A stretch of 64,000 bases of DNA from Candidatus Polarisedimenticolia bacterium. Its GTDB lineage: Bacteria > Acidobacteriota > Polarisedimenticolia > JACPZX01 > DASXTC01. Of the stretch, positions 1 to 9,698 are shown piece by piece. Position numbers and translations under genes: made by a program. The notes beneath the pieces are model-generated. The model searched no databases and had not been told where the DNA came from. It saw only the letters and a list, made by a program, of their open reading frames with translations. The DNA is taken from the NCBI GenBank assembly GCA_035281445.1, contig DATEEA010000010.1, positions 14,092 through 78,091 on the forward strand, given 5' to 3'. Each line of letters starts with the position of its first letter. Position 1 is the first letter of the stretch.

Positions 1-389
1 GCCCGGCGCACCGGCTCGCGCAGCAGCCATGGGCCGAGCATCAGGATGAACAGGGGGGCCGTGGACTGCAGGAAGATGCTGCTGGCCGCCGTGGTCAGCT
101 TGTTGGACCAGACGAACAGGATCATGGTGGCGGCGTAGGCCGCGCCCACCCCCACGGTGCCGCGCGACCAGCCTCGCCGCGCCTCGGGCATCAGCAGGGC
201 CACCGCCAGACCCGCCACAGCCGACCGGGCGCACGCCATCTGAGGGCCGGTCAGCGACGTGGCCTTGATGGCGGCGCCGCCGGTGGAGAACAGGGCCGCG
301 GCCGCCATGATCTGCAGCCGGGCAGGCGTCGCCGAGCCGGCGGGAGGCGGCCCGGCATCGCTCCCGGGCTTCGTCCCCGCGGCCGCCAT
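1..389 (-). CDS. DMT (EamA-like) family transporter, N-terminal part; 3' end lies beyond window start
   Basis: Hand translation of the minus strand from ATG 389-387 gives MAAAGTKPGS...IMAAAALFSTGGAAIKATSLTGPQMACARSAVAGLAVALLMPE...ILFVWSNKLTTAASSIFLQSTAPLFILMLGPWLLRE. This is an EamA-like hydrophobic pattern. The frame is open to base 1, and it is absent from the ORF track because no stop lies in the window. Confidence 0.6.
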   Translation of the reverse strand, partial: MAAAGTKPGSDAGPPPAGSATPARLQIMAAAALFSTGGAAIKATSLTGPQMACARSAVAGLAVALLMPEARRGWSRGTVGVGAAYAATMILFVWSNKLTTAASSIFLQSTAPLFILMLGPWLLREPVRR

Positions 390-461
390 CCTTCCCCATC
401 CCCGCATGGCCGGCGAGTGTACCGCCGGGGAGCCGCCCGCTGCTGGAGCTTCGGATCCCGA

Positions 462-1130
462 TCACGTCGCTCCTGCAGGACCGGCTGCCCGGCGCGGGCG
501 CCTCCCCAGGGTGAACAGAGACCCTTCGGCGAGTTTCCAGGCGGCCACCCCCTCGCCGGCCGGGTGGCGGAGCCTCTCCTGGGACACCAGGTCCAGGCCG
601 GCACGGCGGAAGGCCGCCGCCCACCCCTCGGCGCTCAGGAGGGTCATCGGCACCCCCAGGTCGTCCGGCCAGGAATGGCTGGCGGGGTTCTCGGTGTAGT
701 AGTCCACGACGCAGGCGAACAGCCCACCCGGCACCAGGAGGCCGCGCACTCTTTCCAGCCCCGCCTGCAAGCCGGGTAGATAGTAGAGGACCTCCATGGA
801 GAAGACGGCGTCGAACGGGGCGCCGGGAGGGGTCACGGTCAAGAAGTCCCCCGCGGCGAACCGGACGTTGGGGATCCCCTCCGACAGGGCGCTCGCGCGC
901 TCGATCATCGCTTCGGAGAGGTCCACCCCCACGGCCAGTCCCCGAGGCGCCGCGGCGGCGGCCCATCGGACCGTGTAGCCGTTGCCGCAGCCGATGTCGA
1001 GGTAGCGCGACGTCGCCGTCAGGCCGAGCCGCTCGAACGCCGCCCGCGCCGCCGGCGCGTGGCCGCGCTCCATCCCTTCGGCGCGGCCCGACCGCGCCCA
1101 GTCGTCGAAGACGTCCCGCACGCGGCTCAC
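462..1130 (-). CDS. class I SAM-dependent methyltransferase
   Basis: 222-aa ORF with SAM-binding motif I LDIGCGNGY, an acidic loop GVDLSEAM and a post-I region FDAVFSMEVLYY. It has a 4-nt overlap with the upstream HIT gene. Confidence 0.85.
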   Translation of the reverse strand: MSRVRDVFDDWARSGRAEGMERGHAPAARAAFERLGLTATSRYLDIGCGNGYTVRWAAAAAPRGLAVGVDLSEAMIERASALSEGIPNVRFAAGDFLTVTPPGAPFDAVFSMEVLYYLPGLQAGLERVRGLLVPGGLFACVVDYYTENPASHSWPDDLGVPMTLLSAEGWAAAFRRAGLDLVSQERLRHPAGEGVAAWKLAEGSLFTLGRRPRRAAGPAGAT

Positions 1131-1555
1131 GGACGGCCTCCGGCGATCGCCGAGCGCACCCTCTCGGCGACCTCCCGCATGGCGGCGTCGTCGCGGTAGG
1201 GACGGCGCGGCCAGAAGAAGCCGCGCAGCCCGTCCTTGCTCCGCCGCGGCACGACGTGGGCGTGCAGGTGGGGCACGCTCTGGCTGACGCGGTTGTTCAT
1301 GGCCACGAACGTCCCCTCGGCCTCCATCGCCGCCGGCAGCGCCGCCGCCACCAGGCGCACCGACGAAAGGAAGGGGGCCAGCAGGGCATCGGGAAGATCC
1401 GGGAGCGTCCGGTGATGCTCCCGCGGGATCACCAGGACGTGACCGGGGAACAGCGGCCGGTGATCGAGGAAGGCCAGCGTCCTGCCGTCGTCGTGCACCA
1501 CGTGGGCGGCGAGCGCGCCGCCGGCGATGCCGCAGAAGAGGCAGCCGGCCGTCAT
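1127..1555 (-). CDS. HIT (histidine triad) family protein
   Basis: Internal Met (ATG 1555-1553) of ORF 1127..2227 gives a 142-aa product starting MTAGCLFCGI. The histidine triad is HLHAHVVPR. It overlaps both neighbours by 4 nt. Confidence 0.85.
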   Translation of the reverse strand: MTAGCLFCGIAGGALAAHVVHDDGRTLAFLDHRPLFPGHVLVIPREHHRTLPDLPDALLAPFLSSVRLVAAALPAAMEAEGTFVAMNNRVSQSVPHLHAHVVPRRSKDGLRGFFWPRRPYRDDAAMREVAERVRSAIAGGRP

Positions 1556-2202
1556 GGGATCGCCGCCGGCGCAGCCTGGAAGAAGCGGGGCGCCACGGCG
1601 GACAGCCCGTTGAGCAGGAACTGGATCCCCACGCACAGGATGATCAGCCCCATCACCTTGGAGACGGCCGCCTGGCCGGTCTCGCCCAGCCAGCGGACCA
1701 CCAGGGGCGCCGCCGCCAGGACCAGGTACGACGCGGCGGCCACCGCCACCATGGCCGCCACGGCCGCGGCCGAGCGCCACACCCCCGGGCTGTCGGCCGA
1801 CAGGCCTATGACCACCGAGATGGTGCCCGGGCCGGCCAGCATCGGCATGCCCAGCGGCGTGAGGGAGATGTCCACCTTGGCCACCCCCTCCTCGCGCTGC
1901 GCCGGCGTGAGCCGGTCCGCCCCGGTGATCGCCCGCCAGCCGCTGCGGCAGACCAGCACCCCGGCGGCGATCACCAGGGCCGGGCCGCTGATGGAGAAGA
2001 AGCTCAGGATGGCCGTCCCCGCGAAGAAGCTGACCAGGAGGATCCCGGTCATGAACGACACCGCCCGGCGCGCCTGCTCCACGCGACGCCGCTGCGTGTC
2101 CCCCGGGGTCAGCGCCACCAGCAGCGCGGCCGCGGAGAAGGGGTTCACGATGGGGAAGATGGCGAAGAAACAAGCCAGTCCGAACTGGACCACGCCGGCC
2201 AC
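1552..2202 (-). CDS. MarC family (UPF0056) integral membrane protein
   Basis: 216-aa ORF, multi-TM, with the N-terminal FFAIFPIVNPFSAAALLVALT pattern typical of the MarC family. Confidence 0.75.
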   Translation of the reverse strand: MAGVVQFGLACFFAIFPIVNPFSAAALLVALTPGDTQRRRVEQARRAVSFMTGILLVSFFAGTAILSFFSISGPALVIAAGVLVCRSGWRAITGADRLTPAQREEGVAKVDISLTPLGMPMLAGPGTISVVIGLSADSPGVWRSAAAVAAMVAVAAASYLVLAAAPLVVRWLGETGQAAVSKVMGLIILCVGIQFLLNGLSAVAPRFFQAAPAAIP

Positions 2203-2246
2203 GGGCCCCTCCAGGCAAGGGCGGCATTGTAACCTGCCGCGCCGCG

Positions 2247-3368
2247 CTACTCCCTGCCCGACGGGCTCTTGGCCTTGACCATGCGAGGCTTCTCCACGGG
2301 GGGCCGCGAGATCGCCTGGCCCGGCCCGGGACGCCTCCCGCGGGAAGGGAGGGTCAGCGGCACGGGACGTCCCTCGCGGGCCGAGCGGTAGAGTGCCTCG
2401 ATGATCTGGACGTCCACCAGCCCCTCCCTGCCCGACGGCTCGGGCTCCGTCCCTTTCAGGATGCAGTCGGAGAGATGCAGCAGCTCAGGGGCGAACTGGT
2501 CATGCCTGGCAAACGTGCGGCGCCTCGTCCGGCCTCCCGCGCGGATGCGCAGGACGAGGTCCTCGGCGTACTCGTAGGCCGGCTCCGCCAGCAGGTCCCC
2601 TTTGGTCCCGCAGAGCCGGTAGGCGGAGACATCCGACGATCCGAAGCTGCACGTGAACGACGCCACCCGGCCGCCCGGGAACCTGAGGATCGCGCTGGCC
2701 GCCTCCTCCACCTCGCGGAACCGCCCCTCGGCGCCGGCCACGGTGCGGGCGAGAGCCTCCACCGGCTCGTCCTGGAAGAGATACCGTGCGGCGTTGATGC
2801 AGTAGATCCCGATGTCGTAGAGGGTGCCCCCGCCCCGGGCCCGCAGCAGGCGGATGTTCCCCTCCTCCACCTGCATGGTGAACGTGGAGGTGAACAAGCG
2901 CAGGTCGCCCAGCCGGCCCGACTGCGCCGCTTCCACCGCGGCCAGGTTCGCGGGATCGAAGTGCAGCCGGTAGGCCACCATCAGCTTCACGCGGTTGCGC
3001 TCGGCGGCCTCGATCATGGCCAGGCAGTCCTGTTCGGTCACCGCCATCGGCTTCTCGCACAGGACGTGGATGCCGGCGTGGGCCGCCCGGACCGAGTACT
3101 CGCGGTGCATGTCGTTGGGCAGGGCGATGTACACGGCGTCCACCTCCCCGCCGGCCAGGCACTCGTCGTACTCGTCGTAGGAATAGAGCCGCGTCACGCC
3201 GTACCGGCGCCCCAAAGTCCGCAGCTTCTCCCGATCCCCCGACACCAGCGCCGCCAGGCGGGAGTTCCGGCGGGCGTGAGCGAACGCCGGCAGCACCGCC
3301 GCCTGCGCGATGTACCCCTCGCCCACCACGGCGTAGCCGACCTTGTCCCTGCCGTCGCGCAGCCCCAT
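2247..3368 (-). CDS. Gfo/Idh/MocA family NAD(P)-dependent oxidoreductase
   Basis: Internal Met (ATG 3368-3366) of ORF 2247..4226 gives 373 aa. It has a Rossmann N-terminus VGYAVVGEGYIAQ and the family motif HVLCEKPMA. The upstream part of the long ORF is Arg/Gly-rich shadow. Confidence 0.85.
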   Translation of the reverse strand: MGLRDGRDKVGYAVVGEGYIAQAAVLPAFAHARRNSRLAALVSGDREKLRTLGRRYGVTRLYSYDEYDECLAGGEVDAVYIALPNDMHREYSVRAAHAGIHVLCEKPMAVTEQDCLAMIEAAERNRVKLMVAYRLHFDPANLAAVEAAQSGRLGDLRLFTSTFTMQVEEGNIRLLRARGGGTLYDIGIYCINAARYLFQDEPVEALARTVAGAEGRFREVEEAASAILRFPGGRVASFTCSFGSSDVSAYRLCGTKGDLLAEPAYEYAEDLVLRIRAGGRTRRRTFARHDQFAPELLHLSDCILKGTEPEPSGREGLVDVQIIEALYRSAREGRPVPLTLPSRGRRPGPGQAISRPPVEKPRMVKAKSPSGRE

Positions 3369-3464
3369 GCCACGGATCGTAGACGGGCGGCCCCGGAGCC
3401 GCCAACGGGCCGCCGCGGCGGCGGGGTGGTAGGATCCGCGCTGGCGCCAAGGAGGCGAGGACGA

Positions 3465-4202
3465 ATGGACCCCAAGGGGAAGGCGGCTCTGATCAACGGC
3501 GGGGCGCGGGTGGGCGCTGCGGTGGTCCGGGCGCTGGCCGCCCGAGGCTGCGCCGTGGCCGTGACCTGGCGGGGCTCGCGGGAGGCCGCGGAGCGCTCGG
3601 TGGAGGAGGCCCGCCGGGCGGGCGTGCCGGCGCAGGCCTTCCAGGCCGACGCGCGGGACGAGGCCGACGTGGCGCGCGCGGTGCAAGGCGCGGTGTCCGC
3701 TTTCAGGAGGCTCGACATCCTGGTCAACATGGCCTCGACCTACGTGCGCGCGCCTCTGGAGAGTCTCGACGGGGCCGCGTGGCAGGAGGCGATCGACTCC
3801 AACGCGCGCGGAGCCTACCTGTTCAGCCTGGCGGCCGCGCCACACCTCAGAAAGGAAGGAGCGGGGAGGATCGTGAACTTCGCCGACTGGCTCCCGGCGA
3901 GCGGCAGGCCCCGCTACACCGGCTACCTGCCGTATTACGTCGGCAAGGGGGCGGTGGTCTCCCTCACCGAGAGCCTGGCTCTCGAGCTGGCCCCCGACAT
4001 CCTGGTGAACGCCGTCGCCCCGGGCCCCATCGTCCCGCCCCCCGATCTGACCCCCGAGGAGAACGCCCGCGTGGTCGCCGCCACCCCCCTGCGCCGGTGG
4101 GGCGGAGCGGAGGAGATGGCCAAGGCGGTGCTCTTCCTGGTGGAGACCGATTTCGTGACCGGAGAGTGCATCCGTGCCGACGGAGGCCGGCACCTGTACT
4201 GA
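3465..4202 (+). CDS. SDR family oxidoreductase
   Basis: ATG at 3465 is preceded by GGAGGCGAGG. The product starts MDPKGKAALINGGARVGAAV (dinucleotide-binding loop), has a catalytic Y-x3-K (YYVGK) and ends in the typical tail GECIRADGG. Confidence 0.85.
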   Translation: MDPKGKAALINGGARVGAAVVRALAARGCAVAVTWRGSREAAERSVEEARRAGVPAQAFQADARDEADVARAVQGAVSAFRRLDILVNMASTYVRAPLESLDGAAWQEAIDSNARGAYLFSLAAAPHLRKEGAGRIVNFADWLPASGRPRYTGYLPYYVGKGAVVSLTESLALELAPDILVNAVAPGPIVPPPDLTPEENARVVAATPLRRWGGAEEMAKAVLFLVETDFVTGECIRADGGRHLY

Positions 4203-4283
4203 GCGGTCTGCTCCGCCGGAGTCCACGGCCCGGGCTGCGATCCCCGGCCGGCGCTGCTATAGTGCGGCCCGGAGGGGGGACCC

Positions 4284-5399
4284 GTGAAGGCCTGTCCGGC
4301 CAGCTTCACCCTGTTGACGGCGCTGGCCATCGCGGCCGTCGCCGCGGCTTCCCCCCGGCCCTCGCCGCAGCCTCCTCCACCGGACCCCGCACGGGCTCCC
4401 CGCGTGGACCTCGACCGGCTCGAGCGGAGCGCCCCCGGATGGGCTGTGGCCGAATCCACCGGGGACGGCTCCAGGGGGAGCCTGGTGGTGGAGCGGGCCG
4501 TCTGGCCGCTCTTCTACGTGCACTGGTTCCCGCTCAAGGAGACAGCCGGCCGATCACTCGGCGCCTCCGAGGCGGCCAAGGTGGTGGCCGCGCTGTGGGT
4601 CGACATCGCGCTCGACGAGCCTCTGAAGGGCACCCCGATCGCGCTTCCGGCGCACCAGGGACTCGCCTTCGAGACGATCCGATCCCACGGCCAGATCCGC
4701 TCGCGCTACGTGGTCTGGGCCTGCCCGGAGTCCAGCCGCCTTTTCGTGGCCGACGCCAATCTCCACCTCAACGCCGGTGCTCCCGAGAGGCTCTTCGAGC
4801 TGCAGCGCGACATGGTCCTCACCATCAAGTGCCACCAGGGGGCCGCGGCCGAGTCCTTCGGGCACCTGGGCGTCCCCCACGCCGACGTGCCCGCGGAGAT
4901 CGCCCTGGAGCACGCCACCAACTGGGTGCCCGTGCCCGGCTACCGTCCGCAGAGTGTCTTCGGCGGCTCGGAATGGGGGCGCGAGACGCCGCCCAACTCC
5001 CGCGAGCGGGGGCAGCTTCTGGTCCTGGAGGCGGACGCCATGCGGCGGCTGTTCGTCTCCTGGGGGCCCAAGTACGACTTCCCGATGAGCTACGAGGTCC
5101 TCAAGCAGAAAGTGGAGGATCACTTCCGCGAGAGATCGGTGGACATCGTGCTGACCCAGGGCAACGTCAGCAACGACGTCTGGTTCATGGACGGCGCCAT
5201 GCGGCCCGGCCCCTACGGGCGCGCCGTCCCGCCCACCCGGATGCACAAGTTCCGGGCATGGATGTGGACGCAGGGGAGCGTCACCTACTTCGCCGTGGGA
5301 GACGTCGGGGGGATCCGCTTCGGCCGCGCCAACGTCGCACTCCCGCTGGAAGCCTGGGTCGGGCGCCTGGAGGAGATGTACCAGGCGATCGTCCCCTGA
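4284..5399 (+). CDS. hypothetical secreted protein
   Basis: 371-aa ORF with a GTG start behind GGAGGGGGG. The N-terminal signal-like segment is MKACPASFTLLTALAIAAVAAA, followed by a Pro-rich linker. I recognise no domain. Confidence 0.6.
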   Translation: MKACPASFTLLTALAIAAVAAASPRPSPQPPPPDPARAPRVDLDRLERSAPGWAVAESTGDGSRGSLVVERAVWPLFYVHWFPLKETAGRSLGASEAAKVVAALWVDIALDEPLKGTPIALPAHQGLAFETIRSHGQIRSRYVVWACPESSRLFVADANLHLNAGAPERLFELQRDMVLTIKCHQGAAAESFGHLGVPHADVPAEIALEHATNWVPVPGYRPQSVFGGSEWGRETPPNSRERGQLLVLEADAMRRLFVSWGPKYDFPMSYEVLKQKVEDHFRERSVDIVLTQGNVSNDVWFMDGAMRPGPYGRAVPPTRMHKFRAWMWTQGSVTYFAVGDVGGIRFGRANVALPLEAWVGRLEEMYQAIVP

Positions 5400-5403
5400 T
5401 CCT

Positions 5404-8400
5404 TCAGGGACAGACCGGCGCCGTCCGCTCCGTTCCGTCGCTCCGGATCCCGAGGGTCCCCCGCCCGGCCCCACCCACCCCCGCCACCAGGTAGAAGTGC
5501 GACAAGGAGGGATCGGCCGACAGGTCGTCGTAGGGGGACGCCTCCACGCCGGCGGCCAGGCACTGGCCGTACACGCCGGTCATGGGAAGCTCCCCCCTGA
5601 AGACCTCGTACGCCGAGGCGCCCGGAGAGTCGGCCCAGATCAGGCGCGGCGCTCCCCCCGGGGCGGTCACCACGTCGAGCCCCTCCACCTCGCTGCAGTC
5701 CGCCCGGGCCAGCACCGCGACGTCGTCCACGTACCAGCCGTCGAAGGCCAGCGAGTTGTCGGTGAGCAGGCGGAAGCGCAGGCGCACCTGGGGCTGGTTG
5801 TCCACCGCCGGAGGCAGCGGCACGGAGGCCTCCACGAAGGACGACGCGATCCCCGAGAACGACGCCACCGGATCGGACCAGGTCGAGCCATCCAGGCTGT
5901 ACTCGATCCTCCCGGCGTCGAAGCCCTCTTCGATGGCGTAGCGGTGCTTGAAGGTGAGCAGAACGTTGCGCCCGAAGCGCAGGTCGAGCGGGGGAGAGAT
6001 CAGGACGTTGTCGCTGTTGTCCCTGTAGTTGCCGCCGGCCGAGTCGGTCCAGGAGCGCACCGGGCTGGCGAACGCCGTGCTGGTGAGCAGCCATTGGATG
6101 ACGTTGCCGCCGCCCCCCTTGTCCGGGTTCTGCCATCCCGGCGCCCCGCTCTCGAAGTGATCCACGAAGCGCACCATCTCTCCCAGCGTCTCGAAGGGGA
6201 GCGGGGGGAGCGTCCCCAGGTTGCCGGCCTGGTCGGCCGAGGCGGCCGACGGCGCGTAGGCCGAGCAGGGGGCCAGCCCGTCCAGCGCCGCGGAGTGCTG
6301 CAAGCGGGCGCCGAACGAGCGCACCGCGCCGTCGACGCGGGTGTCCGCCGGCTCGTCGGTGGTCCACACCACCCGCGCCGAGCGGGAGGTCAAGGCGGTG
6401 ACCAGCGCCCCGCTCAGCACCGGGGCCACGCAGTCCACCCCGGCCCGCGCCGGAGCGGCGGCGGCGGAGGTCACCTCCAGGGTGTCGCCGTGGGAAGCCG
6501 CCAGCTCCGTCCCCAGCGCCAGCGTGGCCGTGAAGATCCCCGCGGCGGCCTCGGTCAGGGTCAGGGGCACGCCGGCCGGGTCGCTCCCGGTCGAGGCCGC
6601 CGCCTCGGCCGATCCCGATCCGGCCAGATCGGGCGCCTCCAGAACGACGGCCACGGCGTCCTGGCAGCGGTAGACGGCGCGATCGAGCGACAGGGCCGGC
6701 GCTCCGGGGCCGGGGTCCGATCCGGACCCGATGACCAGGGCGTAGCGCTGCGGCGAGGCGCCGGCCACGCGGCTCCCCGACACTTCCACCCGCCACGTGC
6801 CCGCCATCCCCGGGGCGTCCACGCGCTCCATGTTGTTGGCGTGGTCCTCGGCCGCCTGCACGGCGGGGGTGGAAGGAGAGACCGGATCGAGGGTCCAGGG
6901 AAAGCGCCGCGCTCCGGAAGGGTCCAGCACGCGCAGGTCGAGGTCGTTCACCAGCGCCTCGGCCGCGCCGGCCGCGGCGGGGGGATCGTCCCAGGCCAGC
7001 GTGACGCGGAAGGGGACGTTGGGGTCGGCCACCACCAGGGACATCACGTCGCTCTGCCCGTGGCCCACCTCCGCCTGCCGCACGGCGCCGCCTCGCAGCA
7101 GATCCAACATCCCTCGCGGGTTCAGCTTTCCATATCCCGTCTCGTAGCCCGGTCCGGGCGAATCGAGATCGACGGCGGCGTGATAGGCCAGCGCCCGCAG
7201 GACGGCGGGCTCGGGATCGGGGAGGGACCGGGCGCGCAAGTCCTCCACGAGCAGCGCCAGCGCCCCGGTCACGGCGGGGGCGGCCATGGACGTGCCGCAG
7301 AAGGCGCCGTAGGCGTCGCCGGGGAGGGTGGACGTGACGGTGTGGTCCCCTCCCTGCTGGCATCCCGGCGCGACGATGTCGGGCTTGATCCGTCCGTCGT
7401 CGGTCGGCCCCCACGCCGAGAAGCTCAGCACCAGATCATCGTCGGAGTTGATCCCCCCCACCGACAGGACGTTCTTCGCGCCGGCCGGAGGCGTGGTGGT
7501 GGCGTAGATCCGGCCGCAGGCGGGGTTCGGTCTCTCGTTGCCTCCGGCCACCACGATGGAGAGCTTCGGCCCCAGGCTCCCCGTGGCGATGGCGTCGATC
7601 AGGGCGTCGGTGACGCCGTAGTCGCCCACGATGGAGCATGGGTAGTTGTTGATCCGGACGTTGCTGCCGAGAGACACGTTGGCGACGTCGGCGCCGTGAG
7701 TCTGCACCGCCGCCGTGAAGTCGGCCTGCAGGTCGCCCGGGTTGGAGTACATCAGGATGCCGGCGTTGAACCCTCCCAGCGCGTACGAGATGAGGCGGGC
7801 GCCCGGGGCCACGCCGGCGAACTGTCCCGACGACAGCGCGCCGCTGCCTCCCAGGGTGCCGGCGACGTGGGTGGAGTGCGACGCCACCGAGGCGGCGTCC
7901 CCGGACACCAGCCTCCCGGCGAAGTCGTCGTGTCCGGGGTCGACCTGACCCTGATCGTAGACCAGGGCGTCGATCCCGGCGCCTGTCAGGCCTCGGATGG
8001 GGTCGCTCCAGATCCCCGGGACCCCCAGAGACGCGCGCACGCCGTCGTTGGCCCCGGTCAGGAGGGGGAGCGCTTCCTCCATCCAGGCCACCTCGCCGGC
8101 GCCGGCGAGCCGCTCCAGAGCGGCCCGCGGCAGCCTCGCCGCCACGGCCGCCGCGGCCGGCGCCGAGCCCACCACCTCTCCCCCGGCCCAACGCACCAGG
8201 GCTTCGCGGCGCGCCTCGGGGACGTCCTCGTGGAACTGCGCCAGGACGCCGAGAGGCCCCCCGGCGGTCCTCGCCCGCGCGGCCAGGGCCGGGTCCACCC
8301 TCTCCTCAGGCGCCGGCACGTGGGCGGCGATCACGGGTGAGAGGCGAGGGTCGGCCGGATCGAGGCCGGCGCGAAGCGCCGCGCGCCAGGCCATGTGCGG

Positions 8401-8661
8401 CAGGTAGGCGGTCAGCGTGACGCCGGCCTCGCGCAGGGCGGCCCGGACGGACGGGGAGGGGGGCTCGCGCAGCACCACGATGGCGTGCACGGTGCTCCCG
8501 GGCGCGGGGCGGGCCCGCTCCAGCGCCTCGGCCAGACCGCCCGACGGGCGGATCGTGCCGGACCGCAGCTCGATGCGCGGTACGGTACCTGACCGATCCA
8601 CCGAAGAAGGACCGGCTATCAGAGCCACCAGCGCGGGCGCGGCCAGGACGAGAGCCTTCAT
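5404..8661 (-). CDS. secreted subtilisin-like (S8) serine peptidase with a large C-terminal non-catalytic region
   Basis: 1085-aa ORF with signal peptide MKALVLAAPALVALIAG. Catalytic motifs are YDQG (Asp), HSTHVAGTLGG (His) and GTSMAAPAVTGALALL (Ser). The C-terminal jelly-roll-like segment reads FVDHFESGAPGWQ...GWYVDDVAV. Confidence 0.9.
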   Translation of the reverse strand: MKALVLAAPALVALIAGPSSVDRSGTVPRIELRSGTIRPSGGLAEALERARPAPGSTVHAIVVLREPPSPSVRAALREAGVTLTAYLPHMAWRAALRAGLDPADPRLSPVIAAHVPAPEERVDPALAARARTAGGPLGVLAQFHEDVPEARREALVRWAGGEVVGSAPAAAAVAARLPRAALERLAGAGEVAWMEEALPLLTGANDGVRASLGVPGIWSDPIRGLTGAGIDALVYDQGQVDPGHDDFAGRLVSGDAASVASHSTHVAGTLGGSGALSSGQFAGVAPGARLISYALGGFNAGILMYSNPGDLQADFTAAVQTHGADVANVSLGSNVRINNYPCSIVGDYGVTDALIDAIATGSLGPKLSIVVAGGNERPNPACGRIYATTTPPAGAKNVLSVGGINSDDDLVLSFSAWGPTDDGRIKPDIVAPGCQQGGDHTVTSTLPGDAYGAFCGTSMAAPAVTGALALLVEDLRARSLPDPEPAVLRALAYHAAVDLDSPGPGYETGYGKLNPRGMLDLLRGGAVRQAEVGHGQSDVMSLVVADPNVPFRVTLAWDDPPAAAGAAEALVNDLDLRVLDPSGARRFPWTLDPVSPSTPAVQAAEDHANNMERVDAPGMAGTWRVEVSGSRVAGASPQRYALVIGSGSDPGPGAPALSLDRAVYRCQDAVAVVLEAPDLAGSGSAEAAASTGSDPAGVPLTLTEAAAGIFTATLALGTELAASHGDTLEVTSAAAAPARAGVDCVAPVLSGALVTALTSRSARVVWTTDEPADTRVDGAVRSFGARLQHSAALDGLAPCSAYAPSAASADQAGNLGTLPPLPFETLGEMVRFVDHFESGAPGWQNPDKGGGGNVIQWLLTSTAFASPVRSWTDSAGGNYRDNSDNVLISPPLDLRFGRNVLLTFKHRYAIEEGFDAGRIEYSLDGSTWSDPVASFSGIASSFVEASVPLPPAVDNQPQVRLRFRLLTDNSLAFDGWYVDDVAVLARADCSEVEGLDVVTAPGGAPRLIWADSPGASAYEVFRGELPMTGVYGQCLAAGVEASPYDDLSADPSLSHFYLVAGVGGAGRGTLGIRSDGTERTAPVCP

Positions 8662-9605
8662 GATGTCGGCCGAACACTACCGGCAGCAGGCCCCCCCGAC
8701 AAGAGCGGCATGCGCGAAAGCGGAAGCCTCAGCCCCACCTCCAGACCCCGCGGGAGCACGTTCACCGCGCCGATGGTCCCGCCGTGGGCCTCGGCGATCT
8801 GCCGGCAGATGGCCAGCCCCAGCCCCATGGCCCCCTTCCGGGTCGTGTAGAAAGGGTGGAAGATCCGCTCCAGCGCCTCGTGCGGCACCCCGGGGCCGTC
8901 GTCGCGCACCGCCACCAGCACGTCGTCTCCCAGAAGCTGCGTCCTGACCTCCACGCTGCCGCCGTCTCCCGCCGCCTCCCGGGCGTTGCGGACCAGGTTG
9001 ACCACCACCCGGTGCAGGGCGTCGGGGTCGACGGGGACCAGCCCCACCTTCGGGTCGGGATCGAACGAGAGGCGTGCGGCCGGGGAGCCCGGGGACACCG
9101 CCAGCGCCGCCACGCAGACCTCGACGGCGCCGTTGAGGTCGGTCCGGCGCCTGCGGGGCCGCTCGGGCCTGGCGAACTGCAGGAACCTCTTGAGGGCGGG
9201 GGAGCGTGTGGCGGGAGTCTCGGAGGCGATGGCATGGGCCACTCTCGACAGCCCCGCCAGATCGACGGGAGGGAGGAACTCCTCGAGGCTCTCGGTGGCT
9301 GCGGCGCGCTCGGTGTCCTCCTCCTGGAGGTCGCCCGCCTCGCGCTCCGCCACGGCGAGCCGCCTCTGCGCCCTGCCGCCGGCCATCGCGGCGACGGCCA
9401 GCACCGCCGCCAGCCCCGCCGCCGCCGCTCCGGCGGCCCAGCCGGCCCTCACCAGGGGATCCCGTGTCCGTCCCTCCAGGGCCAGCCAGGCGGCGGGGGC
9501 CAGCAGGGCCGGCAGGACCAGGGCGGCCGCGGCGATGAGCGGCATCTTGACCGAAAGACGCAAAGGATCCTCGGGATCGGCCGATGGACGCGCCGTTTCA
9601 GGCAT
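8658..9605 (-). CDS. small membrane histidine kinase (two TM helices, minimal loop, HATPase_c domain)
   Basis: Internal Met (ATG 9605-9603; alternative ATG 9545) of ORF 8658..11102. The N-box is VVVNLVRNAREA, the G1 box is RDDGPGV and the G2 box is GLGLAICRQIAEAHGG. The H-region is degenerate (VAHAIASE). The TGA stop overlaps the ATG of the S8 gene (ATGA at 8658-8661). Confidence 0.75.
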   Translation of the reverse strand: MPETARPSADPEDPLRLSVKMPLIAAAALVLPALLAPAAWLALEGRTRDPLVRAGWAAGAAAAGLAAVLAVAAMAGGRAQRRLAVAEREAGDLQEEDTERAAATESLEEFLPPVDLAGLSRVAHAIASETPATRSPALKRFLQFARPERPRRRRTDLNGAVEVCVAALAVSPGSPAARLSFDPDPKVGLVPVDPDALHRVVVNLVRNAREAAGDGGSVEVRTQLLGDDVLVAVRDDGPGVPHEALERIFHPFYTTRKGAMGLGLAICRQIAEAHGGTIGAVNVLPRGLEVGLRLPLSRMPLLSGGPAAGSVRPTS

Positions 9606-9698
9606 TCTACGCAAGGTGGCGCGCGAATGGGCGTGGAGCGTGAAATCTTCCCCTGATCGGGCGTGTCCATTTCTTGCGCCGCGTTGTAGCCTGGGCCG

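Noticed and set aside
5285-8340. Long alternative-frame and antisense ORFs (5285..7414 -, 5497..8340 +, 7436..8191 -) overlapping the S8 peptidase gene
   Set aside because: The translations are Arg/Gly/Pro/Ala-rich low-complexity sequence with no motifs. This is typical shadow ORF content in high-G+C DNA. The S8 frame carries the catalytic motifs.
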